Assembly (NCBI RefSeq): GCF_001194135.2
Contig: NC_068987.1
Location: 84,719,590 to 84,780,785 of the forward strand
DNA: 61,196 nucleotides
Source: Octopus bimaculoides
Taxonomy: Eukaryota
Direction: 5' to 3'
In this document: positions 1-12,479 of the stretch, one piece after another
How the letters are laid out: the number at the start of each line of letters is the position of its first letter
How positions within the stretch are numbered: position 1 is the stretch's first letter
Made by a program: the position numbers and the translations under genes
The notes under the pieces: model-generated
Database searches by the model: none
What the model was told of the DNA's origin: nothing
The model's input: only the letters and a program-made list of their open reading frames with translations

Positions 1-20
1 ATATATATATATATATATAA

Positions 21-155
21 ATATCGGGCTTCTTTCAGTTTTCATCTATAACATCCACCAATAAGACTTTGGTGGACCCGAAACTATAGAAGAATACACC
101 TGCCCAAGATATCACGCATGTTACTGGTACACGGATCCATGTGCTCGGGAAACAT
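21..155 (-). mobile_element. SINE family A, partial diverged 5' half
   Basis: Similar to the better copies (GGGCTTCTTTCAGTTT...CTATAG(T)AGAAGA...CACNTGCCCAAG); runs into the (AT)n at the window start. Confidence 0.75.
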
Positions 156-1075
156 TATTTAGTAGCTTTATCAGACAAGAAAGGGTGGATTCACGAACCT
201 TGAGCGGAGCTTCCAGGAGTTGGTAGGAAAACGCAAAAATCCACAGTAACTCGTTGAATAACCCCTGAATTGCGAACTGGTCACGGATCCCACTAAATTA
301 AAAGCATAGAAAGGTTCAAGTGCGCTGATGTATTATTGTATATCTTTATAATTACGTAGATATAATTTTCATGCTCATCTTATTTCATTTCATTAGACGC
401 ATACTTACTTGTAAATCTCATGCGATATTCTGCTTTGACGTCATCACTTTGGCTCATTACCCCACCCCCTACTTTATTTCTACGAACAGTATTATTGATA
501 TTTCTTTATCACTGATCCGAATTAGCCTTTGAAATTTTTACTTACCAAGTTAAATATTTTATTAATATAGATTTCTTTACCAATTTCACTGGTATATATT
601 TCTGATTAATAGATATAATGGTAATTTCTTCTTGATCTATTTGTACTGATTTTAATAGATGTTGATAGATACTCCGTCGGTTTCGAGTATGAGCATTTTG
701 TCATTCTCTGAACTTAATTAATAACTCGTTAATTAACGAATGTGAGGTGGGACACATTGTGTGTCATGACTGCGAATTTAGAATTGCATATACTAGCAAT
801 TCTACCAAGTTGCACGATTCCACTCAGAAAACTTTTGTCAAGACGTGACAATGCCAGAAGACATTTTCCAAGTTTCCACGAAGTAGGATCATAGACTCTT
901 GATAATGAAAGCAATTTCTTAACCAAGAGATCACGTCTGCATCAGATACAATGTAATATGATACAATTTACCTTTTCGTCTGCATGTCAGTTTCTGTTTT
1001 TCAGTTTTAATTGTAACAAATGTCTCAGATCCATTGTTCTTTTATAAAATAATTTTTCACAAACCTTGAGTTACG

Positions 1076-1076
<1 letters not shown>

Positions 1077-1116
<40 letters not shown>

Positions 1117-1182
1117 ACACACACATGCACAAGCACACACACACACACACACACACGCACGCAATTGCACAAGCACACCTAC
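1077..1182. repeat. (CA)n microsatellite, degenerate 3' part
   Basis: Seen directly. Confidence 0.95.
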
Positions 1183-1344
1183 GCACTTGAGCATGCTAAT
1201 ACATGCATATGTTTCTGACGCAATCTTCATTAGTTGAATGTCAAAGGAACAGGAAATTATGTAATTAACTTCATTAGCTAACAGTTGTTTCTGCTATAAG
1301 AAGAAGTGTTCTCAGAGTTGAGTTATTTTGCATTATCTTGCAGC

Positions 1345-1462
1345 TATTAACTTATGTTCTGAGTTCAAATTCCGCCGAGGTCAACTTTCATCCTTTATGG
1401 GGTCGATAAATTAAGTACCAGTTGTGTACTGGGGTTGATCTAATCGACTAACCCCCTTCCAT
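1345..1462 (+). mobile_element. SINE family B, 5'-truncated
   Basis: GTTCTGAGTTCAAATTCCGCCGAGGTC...GGGGTCGATAAATTAAGTACCAGTT...CTGGGGTTGATCTAATCGACT, shared with other B copies. Confidence 0.85.
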
Positions 1463-1592
1463 AAATATCTTACAGCTTTAAAATGAATTTAAAATGAAAA
1501 GTATACTTAATTCGAAAAACATTTACATGTCCGCATAAATCTCTTCCTTTCTCACTGATACTATTAATCTTTCTTTCTTTCTTTCTTTCTTT

Positions 1593-1635
<43 letters not shown>

Positions 1636-2142
1636 TACACACCTCATTCTCATTATATCACTTTCCTTTATGAGAGTGTGCCATTTTTGACTTAATGATA
1701 GTAAGAGACGAACTAGATTTATTGAAATTCACGTGATATCGGATGTTACCAGATAATATACCAATAGTATACATAGATTATATACATGAGCCATCCTCCA
1801 ATCTTTATAAAACTAATGTTGTACCTAAGTGATTTTTAAATGATAGTAGCAGAAGAGACATTGAATGATTGACTGAGTTTCCTTTTAGATTCCATTGCGA
1901 AATATTGCTGAAAGATTCCACGAGATAATATCCACGTATGACGACTGAACTAAGAACTCTTTTAATTGCAGATTCATCCTCATGAAATGCAAAGCCAATG
2001 CTCCTCCCAACCAAATTCTTCTGCATTAAAAATAGAAAAAGGAACAGAAGCGTTAGGTAATACACAACCTTAGAAAAGAACGACTGATCAAGATTGAAAT
2101 GTCGGCCTCCATAACCCTATTTGATCAAGATCGATATAATCT

Positions 2143-2406
2143 GTGGAGGCGAGTGGCTTAGTGGTTAGGGTGTCAGCAACATGGTCGTGACATTGTGGTT
2201 TCGATTCCTGGTCCGGGCGACGCGTTTAGTTCTTGAACAAAACACTTCATTTCACGTTACTCCAGTCCACTCAGCTGGCAAAAATGAGTAACGCTGCGAT
2301 GGACTGGCGTCCCGTCCAGCTGGGGAACACATACGCTATAGAAACCGGGAAACCGGGCCCATGAGCCTGGCTAGGCTTTTAAAGGGCGCATTTGTTTATT
2401 TATTAT
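2143..2406 (+). mobile_element. tRNA-headed SINE family C (CORE-like plus V-like domain) with 12-bp target-site duplication
   Basis: A-box TGGCTTAGTGG, B-box-like GTTTCGATTCC, CORE-like segment ~2230-2290, CTGCGATGGACTGGCGTCCCGTCCAG at 2294-2319, (TTTA)-type tail. Direct repeat TCGATATAATCT at 2131-2142 and 2407-2418. Confidence 0.88.
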
Positions 2407-2624
2407 TCGATATAATCTATTATTTACCATCAGTAGTGTAGTCAATCAAACCTGACATGAATAATAATAGCTCTATCAGCCCGTTTTTGAATAAGAATCA
2501 AGAATACAGAAATAAATTGTCTAAGCGCTTTAAAGTTCATGTGTTTTTTTTTGCTTTTTTTTTTAGCAAATTTATTTCTGATTTCGTTCTTGTGATTTCT
2601 TTCAGCACTATACCTATATGTTAA

Positions 2625-2972
2625 CTTTTATTTTTTAATTATTTCAGCCACTAGACTGCAGCCATGCTGGAGCATCGACTTTATTTTCATCAGTCTGACA
2701 TTTATTCTATCGGCTTCTTTTGCGGAACGCTAAGGAAAGTAAACAAAGCAACACTGGTTGTCAAGTGGTGCATTGACAAATAGAGGCACAAAGACACACA
2801 TATACACGACGGACGTCTACACAGTTTCCGTCGATTAAATTAATTCAAAAGGTATTGGTCAGTCCAATGCTATAGTAGAAGACATTTGCTCGAGGTGCCG
2901 CGTAGCGGGGCTGAACCCAAGCCCAGCTGATTGCAAAGCGAGTTTCTTAAACACACGTCCATATCAGCACCT
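2625..2972 (-). mobile_element. SINE family A, diverged near-full copy
   Basis: Collinear with the well-preserved copies at 35580-36103 and 49941-50458. Confidence 0.85.
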
Positions 2973-4754
2973 GAATATTTGATCACATGTAGATCAGTAG
3001 ATAGGGGATGGATTCACATGTGCGTAAATATCACAGAACGATTAAAATCAACAATTAGGGCATGAGCAAATAGCGAGAAACAACGACAACAACAGCGAGA
3101 AGATATTAAATTATCACCAGCAGCTAAGGGGAGTTAAGAAGGCGTAGAATAAACCTACCGTCGTCGACGAGAGACATATCTGAAGTTAACAAACACAGCA
3201 AAAATAACAGAAGTAATTAAAAGATATAAACAATATGGGGCAGCTCAATGAATTACGTTGTAATTCTATATCATAAGAAAATCGCAGCGAATTAGGGTTG
3301 TGAAAACTTCTGTGTGTTTCCCAGAGTGGAGAGTAATTTAATTACAAAGCTGTTTATTTTTCGAGCAGATTGGCTTATTAACAAACTTAGAACTTCTATT
3401 AAATCGTTAATGTTCCGACTTTCATACCTCAGCAGCGTTTGTGTACATACATACATACATACATACATACATACATACATCTTAAAGGTGGAGCCTTGTA
3501 TCTTTGTTGGAAACTGGCTCCCTCCTCAGTGGAAGATTATTAAAATAAATAATTTTCATCTGTAGCTAAAATGTTTCTTTTAAGCAAAGGGTAAACAAGA
3601 TTGGGAAAGAAGTCAGTTTTAGAGCTTTAATACGAATGTTATACTAAAAGATACATAACCTCTATTATAAACTGACATAGACCGTTAAAATTGCACATGT
3701 TAGTAGAATAATTCTATCTGTATACGAAGGTGCAACATAGTGTCTTCTGTATTACATGAGAAACATTTGAGATGCCAAGTTGTATTTATTATAAACATAG
3801 CATTCTGACACTGATTGAACTGCCACCAGTTTTTCACAATGTGAATGATATTGATTTGGGATTTCACATTGGATCTACCAGCTTTAAACTGCTTGTTGGT
3901 AAACGTTAGTAATGTATCAGGGATAAAAGCTCAGTTTTTTTTTTTAATTGTATCGCACAAATAAGTTCCTTCTTGGTGCTTTCCTACACTGAAATGTTTG
4001 AAACAATGTCTGAAGTGTCTTGTTTATTGGTGCCGGATAATTTTGGTTTAATACAGAAGCAAAAACTCTTCCGGATTTTGCTTAGCCATCCTGCCCTTTA
4101 ATTAAAATCATCTGATTCATTCCAAATTTTCACTTGAGAATAATCGGAATGTTCCTGGGAAGGACCTTCTGACATTTATTGATTGTAACACCCCACCACC
4201 ACCACCACTATATACACTCACTTCTCTCAAGGCTGCTGATTAGTTTCGATTAAATTTCTTGTTAATCATCTTACTTTCAGCTCCTTTACTCTCATGTCCA
4301 ATGTTTTCACTGACAGCTTTCACTTTGTGTTTGAAAATGATTTATCTGTATTTAAGTGTTCTCCTTTTGGTACCTCCAAACATTTTTTTGGCATTTTACG
4401 TTTTCTCTTTGTTGACGGAATGTATTTATTTGTCTGTTTGAATCTGAAAAGCAACGCCATGTGACTTGATACTTTTTCGTAGTTCGATGATCGTAAACAG
4501 AAAAGCGGATCTAAACCCTGATTGGAACACTTTCATAGCTTAGCCTTCGTGTAATTCTTCTCGATCTTCAGGGTGGCATTTTACAGTTTCACAGCTTTAT
4601 TCCCAAATACAGATCGTTTACATTGTTAAAAACATACCCCGCCAATTTCGTTAAACAATATTGGTACAGCAACATTTGTTTTTTTCTTTGGTATGTGTAT
4701 GAGTGACAGAGAGAAAGAGAGACAGAGAGACAGAGGAGACAGTACATATGTGGA

Positions 4755-4776
4755 TATGTGTGTATGTGTTTGTGTA

Positions 4777-4829
<53 letters not shown>

Positions 4830-4848
4830 GTGTGTACGTGTGTGCGTT
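4755..4848. repeat. (GT)n microsatellite
   Basis: Seen directly. Confidence 0.95.
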
Positions 4849-5182
4849 TTCCATTAAATCTCTATTTTCTGAAGGGGTATTTTGAAATGATATAATCGCT
4901 AGAAAGACTTCATTAAGAATATTCTTCAAACGTTTACACTCCTCGATTTGACAATCAGTGGAAAGTTTTACTTTCATTGTTTTTGATAGATTCTCTGACA
5001 ATATGTCGGCAGCTGACATATGTAAGTTCCGGCGTGAGGGCCAATAAGGATTTCACTTCTAGGTTTGCTGTTACGGACATGCTGGGAGCGGAATAAGTTG
5101 TACAGTTTTTGCATCTTTGACAATAAAATTGCGCTCCTCGTTTTCCGGAAAGAAAAGAAATTACTATCGCAGGCGAGGCTAT

Positions 5183-5582
5183 AGGCACAGCCGTAGTTCT
5201 GTAATAAGAAGTTTGTTCCCCAACCGCATTGTTCTGGATTCAGTCCCACCGCGTGGGAACTTGGACAAGTGCTTTCTGCTATAGTCCCGGCCCGACCAGA
5301 GGATTTGATTAACAGAAACTGAAAGAAGATTGCTGTATATATATGTGTATATATATGAGTGTGTATGCATATGTGTGTGCGTGAATGTGTGTTTATGTTT
5401 GTGCTTGTCGCCCAACACTGTTTGAAAACTGGAGTTTGTGTTTTTGTGACCCCGCAACTTCGCAGTTCATCGAAAGAGACTCATAGAAGTACCAAATTTA
5501 ATAATAAATAATAATACAAGATTTGTTCGACTAAAAGCTTTCATGGCGGTGCCCCATCATGGCCGCAGTCAAATGACTGAAG
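5183..5582 (+). mobile_element. SINE family A, diverged full copy
   Basis: Head TTCAGTCCCACCGCGTGG, internal (AT/GT)n, tail GGCCGCAGTCAAATGACTGA. Confidence 0.85.
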
Positions 5583-6141
5583 GAATTATATAAAAAAAGA
5601 TCTTAGAGGGTTCGACAGCTTTTAATGAATGCAGCTTCTTCACGTAATTGTTTCCTTATTAAATCATGTAAACTCGAATGAAATTAATCCGCTTGTGATT
5701 TCATGGATTACAAATTCGAAAACTGACGAAACAATTAAATACCTTATTATTCAGTTCAGAACACAATTTAAACACTTCAAACTTACAATTCTTTCTATAA
5801 CTGTAAATATTGATATTTTGTTTACCATTCGCCCTGGTTAGTATGCGAAAATTTTCGGCAGATTTGTATACGTTTTTAGACATATTACGTGAGTAGTTAT
5901 TCGGTAGTGCTGACGTCATTTCCAGCCATATTGTATGTAGTTGATTCCAGCAAGGCACATTTAAGTTTGTGATAGATATCCCCTCCATTTTGACTAAACG
6001 GTTGCTATAGTGAATGCTATAGATATACGTTTCGTATTTGAAAAGGAATGTAATTCTGGTATTAATGTTGTGGAATGCCTTCGTATGATATCTAGTTTCC
6101 GACATTTAGTATCGCATCTACATGACGCGCACAAAGGCACG

Positions 6142-6352
<211 letters not shown>

Positions 6353-7149
6353 ATGTAATGATGTTAGGCAAGTCAATTTACACTGAATATTAAATATATT
6401 TCATAGGAAAAATGTACATTAGTATCGATATAAAATAGTCCGACTTACAGAATATAAATGATGCCCGGAGTTAAATAGGTAGTGTTTTACTAGTCCAACA
6501 GCTGTTTCTGTGTGGTTGGTGGTCCGGAATAACGATAGTTAGTCATGAGTAAAAAAGCGATACACAGACAGAAAGAAAAAAGGCAATTTTCCCTTGCATT
6601 TGAAAACTATGGAAATATTAAAAAAAACATTTCATTTAATTTTCCCACAATTTAATTGTTTTTCATGCTTTACTCTAAGTTGAAAAAGTCGCAAAGACTG
6701 AAACCGGTACTAAAATATTCTTTATGATAAAATCATTGTAGCATTTTCCATCTTGTCGTATTTTCCTAATACATATCAACTCGCATGTTCCTTTTCAACC
6801 TTCTACATATATATCATATGTCGGTATATGTTTGTGCGAGTTTGTATGCTATATATATATAATTTAAAGTAAACAGAAAATGGAGAAATATTGATCAACA
6901 ACAATTGACTAACATCGATAATTACTTTTTAATACAAATAGACTTTATTCCATCTAACATTTGTTTCTGCGTCCAATGTTCCACGGTATTGCCATTCAAA
7001 ATTCTGAAAATAATGTAAATCAAATTTTGTGACACAACCGATATGGAACATTGAGCTTCATCACAGTTTAGAAAAATACAAAAACAAAAGAAAAGAGGAA
7101 GAACCTCGAGAAATGGGAGAAAGGCTTAAATCATACCATTTTGCATGAT

Positions 7150-7478
7150 GCACATGGTTCCGGGTTCAGCCCAAATGCGTGGCACCTTGGCAAGTATCTT
7201 CTACAATAGTTTCGGGCCCACCAAAGTCTTGATGGAAAGGGAAAGAACACGCCTTATATATATATGTAGATATATGTCTGTGTTTGTCCACACACCATCG
7301 CTTGACAACCAATGTTCCTGTGTTTACGTCCTCGTAATCAAGGAGTTCGGCAAAAGTGACCGATAGAATCAGTGCTAGGCTTACAAAGAATAAGTCTTGG
7401 GGTTGACTTGTTCGACTAAAGACGGCGGCGATCCAGCATGGCCGCAGTCAAATGACAGAAGTAAGTAAAAGAATAAAG
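7150..7478 (+). mobile_element. SINE family A, 5'-truncated
   Basis: CACATGGTTCCGGGTTCAG...GGCCGCAGTCAAATGAC...AAGTAAAAGA. Confidence 0.88.
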
Positions 7479-7489
7479 GAATATATATA

Positions 7490-7792
7490 TACTCTTTACT
7501 CTTTTACTTGTTTCAGACATTTGACTGCGGCCACGCTGGGGCACCGTCTTCAGTCGAGAAAATCGACCCAAGACTTATTCTTTGTAAGTTTAGTACTTAT
7601 TCTATCGATTTCTTTTTGCACACACACACAACGGGATTCTTTCAGTTTCCTTCTACCAAATCCACTCACAAGGCTTTGGTCGGACCGAGGCTATAGTAGA
7701 AGACACTTTCCCAAGGTGCCACGCGGTGGGACTGAACCCGGAACCATGTGGTTAGTAAGCAAGCTACTTGCCACATAGCCACTCCTGCGCCT
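7490..7792 (-). mobile_element. SINE family A with internal deletion, tail-to-tail with the previous copy
   Basis: The minus strand begins AGGCGCAGGAGTGGCTATGTGGCAAG (A-box-like) and ends in the GAGTAAA-repeat tail. Confidence 0.9.
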
Positions 7793-8552
7793 ATATGTAT
7801 ATTTATTTATACATAGAGAAAGATGGGCTCATAAATATATGCATATAATACATATATATCATCATAAATGCACGCACACACACATTTATATATACATGTA
7901 TATATGTATATATGTATGTGCATACATATGCATATTTGCATGCATTATTAATCTATCTATACATCTACATGCACAGATACATCCTTGTTTACATGTAAGT
8001 ATGCATAACATATATAGATGTATATACATAAATATATGTGTGTGTCTGTGTGTATATATGTATGAGTACGCTTGGTTGCGTGAGCAAGTGTAGTTTTGTG
8101 AGTTTGTGCATGTCATTGAGTATGTGTCTATGTGTTTGTACCTTCGAAATGAGATTAGATACAGATAGAAATGGCTGGAATTTGACAAGCAAGAGGTAAG
8201 CAGAATGAGCGGTGAGACATACAGAAGAAAAGCCGAGTGTCCAGAGATTTGCTGCAGGTTTATATAGTTTGGCTTATCGAGAAGTTTAATCAGGAGAAGC
8301 CCTGTTCTGTGCTCACTTGTACATATGATCCACCTGATCCTTCGGGATGTAGATGCAAAATCAGTGGTGAGTTAAAGATTGAAAACTTCAGGCTTTTATA
8401 TTCCAAATGTTAATATCTGACATTTATAAAGACGCGCATACATGCATGTCTAGATGCACTCTGACACGCACGGTTGCACTGACACAAATGAAATATATGG
8501 TTTTATTTATTTTTCTTATCTGAATGTCTGCTTATATGTAAATATAATATAG

Positions 8553-8583
<31 letters not shown>

Positions 8584-8755
8584 CATTCACAAAAACAAAC
8601 ATAGACACACACACACATACATACGTATATTTATATACATACATATATTTATCTATGCATTTATCTATGTATCTAGGTAGATAGATAGATATACATACAA
8701 ACAATCATACATACATACAAGCATACAAATATATATATATATATATATATATGTA

Positions 8756-8797
<42 letters not shown>

Positions 8798-10355
8798 ATC
8801 TTATATTCTGCTCAGAATTTTATTATTAGAGTGTTTTTATATATATATATATTTTGGTCATATACATACCATGTAATTTTATGATGACGATATATATTTT
8901 CTTACCTGATTTTTATATACAAAATATTTACAGGCAAGAATGCAAATAAGTATGGCTGTAATTACATTTGTAAGTTTATTTGTGTGAATTTTCGTCAACA
9001 TATATGCATGTTCGCATGTCTGTTTGTCGCTTATTTATCAAATCCCATGAACCTTACACTGGTCTAATTTTGCTGTATCTCGATAATGAGGATATTTCCA
9101 TAACAGCATATCAATTCTGATATTGTATTTATTGACTAATGGAACAATTCATGCGATAACTTCTAAATGAAACTAATTTCTTTTGATCAATCTGCTTCTG
9201 ACATCTTCTGTGACGTTTCAAAGGTAGCCGACCGACTTGCATACTAGCAATTTGGCCAGAAGCAATTCTTTACGTTAAAACGGCATGCTGTCACTGCTCT
9301 GCATCTTACAGACATGCCATTTAATAGCTTATTATTACACAACTGTCTTTTCTATTTCCTTTTGAACTTATTTTAAATACATTTGAAAATAAATCAGTAA
9401 AGGCAAGCAAGATCAGCGTAGGCGACAATTCTTCGGAAATGGTCAACCATGAATCACCGTTGAATTTCACCTTATGTACAGCAATATTTGATCCCTTAAA
9501 TCATCACCTCTACATTCACGGCTATTTGCTCCTTAAATCATCGCGACGATAGCTTTATGGCCCCAGATGTTATAGCCAATATAATGTAACTAACCAATAC
9601 ATTTCGTTGAGTACGCTGCCTTTTCAATTCCAAATCGCCTCTATCCGCCTGTTCAATTATCTAGTTGTCTCGCTGTCTTTCTTGCGCTCAGCAATGGAAA
9701 CAGCTTGACATTATTTCAGTTAATGGAGCATACAGCAATGAAGAGAGAAGGTTCGAACTAGGACAGTAGAATAAAGTAGGCACCAGAACCTTCTCAAATT
9801 AATTGTCGTGTCCCAATGCCATATTCATTAATACACTATGTTGATCAATCTAATACAAGTGAACGCATGTACGTCCTGGGATTAGTTCAGTAAATCTCGG
9901 TACATAATGCAATTTGTTACAATTTAAGCAAGGATTCTCGATTGGAACTTTGTTAGTATGTTATGCGTTGTAGAGGGAAGTGTAGTTGAAATATAAGAAA
10001 TTTTACTAATGAGAAACCGTAAATTATCCTTAATTAAAAATTTAGCTTCGCTTGCCGCCCTCAAGTATGAAGGTATACACTTTTCTTGTGAAATAACGGA
10101 ATTAGTGAAAAAGATCAAAACCGAGAAGGAATGGAAAGAGAGAGAGAGAGAGAAAGAGAGGCGGGAGCACGAGTAGTAGAAGAAATCAATTGATCTCTGT
10201 TCAAGAATAAAAAAAAAATAATAATAAATCTCACGATAAATGAACCACATACGGATAGTCGGTTCCAGATAGTGACTAAATGAAATTAAGAGAGGGAGGG
10301 AGAGAGTTAAATACATGAAAAACGAGGAAGGAGATTATAAGAAGCAGAAGTAGCA

Positions 10356-10433
10356 GAAGAAGAAGAAGAAGAAGAAGAAGAAGAAGAAGAAGAAGAAGAA
10401 GAAGAAGAAGAAGAAGAAGAAGAAGAAGAAGAA
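10356..10433. repeat. (GAA)26 pure triplet repeat
   Basis: Counted directly. Confidence 0.97.
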
Positions 10434-10443
10434 AACGTTGGCT

Positions 10444-10497
10444 ATGATGATGATGATGATCATCATCATCATCATCATCCTCATCATCATCATCATC
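10444..10497. repeat. (ATG)n-(CAT)n inverted triplet repeat
   Basis: Perfect 32-bp palindrome at 10444-10475. Confidence 0.95.
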
Positions 10498-11254
10498 CTG
10501 TTCACGATGACTATGATGATACTTTTGGAAGAGGAAGAGGAAATAAAAAGAGAGTTGTTCAGCTGTGAGTAAATATAGAATTCGCAAACAACGTGAAAAC
10601 AGCGACGAAATAAAGAAAGAAACGGCAAGCTGATATTTATTACTCTGATATATTCTTCACCAAAGGTTCTTTCTCTCATACACTCTTCAAGAGTGAATGC
10701 TGCCCGTTTCAAACCGGCCGTCACAGTTGCGATTCAGTGGTTGTGTGTGTTCATTCGATAATTTTCCCATTTATTTCCTTCACCTCTTTTATTAATTCAT
10801 CCTGTTCAATATCTCCGAGTTTGAACATCGTCAAAAATAATTCTTTGTATCGTCTTACCCTTTTAGCTTCTCACTGACTCACTTGGTAACTACGACCGAC
10901 CAACATTCAGTCTTTTTGTTCCCATCATTTTTCTTTCATCTATATCCTGTGAGACAGTCAATGTTCCGCTTGTCATGATTTCATTGGTTTCATTACAAGG
11001 CAATTAAATAATAATTTACCTAATGTTATACTTGATATCATCCTTAAAATCATGTCTCTCAAACTTGTGTGAATTATGTTCTATCACACAGCGTCTGACC
11101 TTATTTAGTAACTACAAAAAGACTAGACTTTAGCACAAGATTTTATGTTGTATGATTAATGTCGTTCGACGTCATTCGAACATCACAAAATATCTTCCAT
11201 CATTCACTTAGAGGGCATTTATATTTTAAACAAGTTTGAACCGTTTTATCATTT

Positions 11255-11458
11255 GTCTCATACTTGTTTCAGTTTGGTTGAAATGCGGCCATGCTGGAGT
11301 ACTACCTTGAAGAATTTTTAGTCGAATGAATCAACTTCAGAATATATTTTTAAAAAGCCTACTTCTCATTATATCAGTCTTTTCCTGAACCATTAAGTGA
11401 CAGAACGTATTCACACCAACACCTGTTATTAAGCAGTGTGGGGGTCAAAACACACACA

Positions 11459-11496
<38 letters not shown>

Positions 11497-11832
11497 NNNN
11501 NNNNNNNNNNNNNNNNNNNNNNNNNNNNNNNNNNNNNNNNNNNNNNNNNNNNNNNNNNNNNNNNNNNNNNNNNNNNNNNNNNNNNNNNNNNNNNNNNNNN
11601 NNNNNNNNNNNNNNNNNNNNNNNNNNNNNNNNNNNNNNNNNNNNNNNATATATATATATATATATATACGACGAGCTTCTTTCAGTTTCCGCCTGCAAAA
11701 TCCATTCACAAAGTTTTGGTCGACCCGAGGTTATAGTGGAAGACATTTGCCCAAGGCGCCATGCAATGGCACTGAGGCCGGAACCATGTGGTTGGTAAGC
11801 AAGCTTCTTACCCCATAGCCACGCCTGCACCT
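11255..11832 (-). mobile_element. SINE family A spanning an assembly gap in its internal microsatellite
   Basis: Tail left of the gap, head right of the gap, (CA)n-N-(TA)n between. Confidence 0.85.
11497..11647. other. assembly gap
   Basis: N run. Confidence 0.99.
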
Positions 11833-11959
11833 ATGTCTAAATCTATTCACTCTCTTTATTCAGAAAATACCGATATTTAACTTTCCATCAAAAATCACAA
11901 CTACACAATTTCAAACTAATGCTATTGGGCCCAGCCAAACAGGAAGATATCAAATGGAT

Positions 11960-12130
11960 AGTTCAGCCATTTAGAAATAGCAGCTAAATCTACCTTAAAT
12001 AAAATGTTAAAATCTCTAAGAATACACATATAATAAAGTCTGAGATGTATTATATATTGAGAAGAAATAAAAGACAAAGATCATTGCAACAGCAATACTT
12101 TCAACATAGGTATGATAAATAGGAATTGAC
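11960..12130 (+). repeat. unclassified dispersed repeat containing AGAAATAGCAGCTAAAT
   Basis: Exact 17-mer at 11973-11989, 44324-44340 and 49768-49784; related segments near 17805-17835 (minus) and 39000-39140. Confidence 0.6.
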
Positions 12131-12479
12131 CAAAACGACAACCAACAACAGAACTGAAAATAAAACAACGACATCTAGTTAATAATCCAACGATGAAGTC
12201 TTTATGCATTTGCTCAATTTCTTACGTGTAACAGAAAATATTTCACGGATCAGAACATGGTATCTCAAAAAATAAAATATAGTCTTTACGAGGGAAAATG
12301 TAGTCTCAGTCAGGGTGAAAATGTCTGGTCGTATTTAAACAAAGATAACTGAATTCAGGTTAGATAACTCCACAATTACTGTGACGACGCATGGACGAGA
12401 CATCGTATATTTAAATGTATTCTCAAATTTTCTAGTTTTATGAGTGGTGGATGGGTGTGACTGTACATGGTTATATTAT

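Noticed and set aside
738-850. Plus-strand ECEVGHIVCHDCEFRIAYTSNSTKLH resembling a RING or BED zinc finger
   Set aside because: Only one CxxC pair, bounded by stops, with no continuing transposase or E3 sequence.
3745-3900. Minus-strand WHLKCFSCNT resembling a LIM motif
   Set aside because: The second Cys of CxxC and the upstream CxxC are absent, and there is no splice support.
10335-10724. ORF MTAGLKRAAFTLEECMRERTFGEEYIR...
   Set aside because: GTG start, no good donor, and the ORF length comes from triplet repeats.
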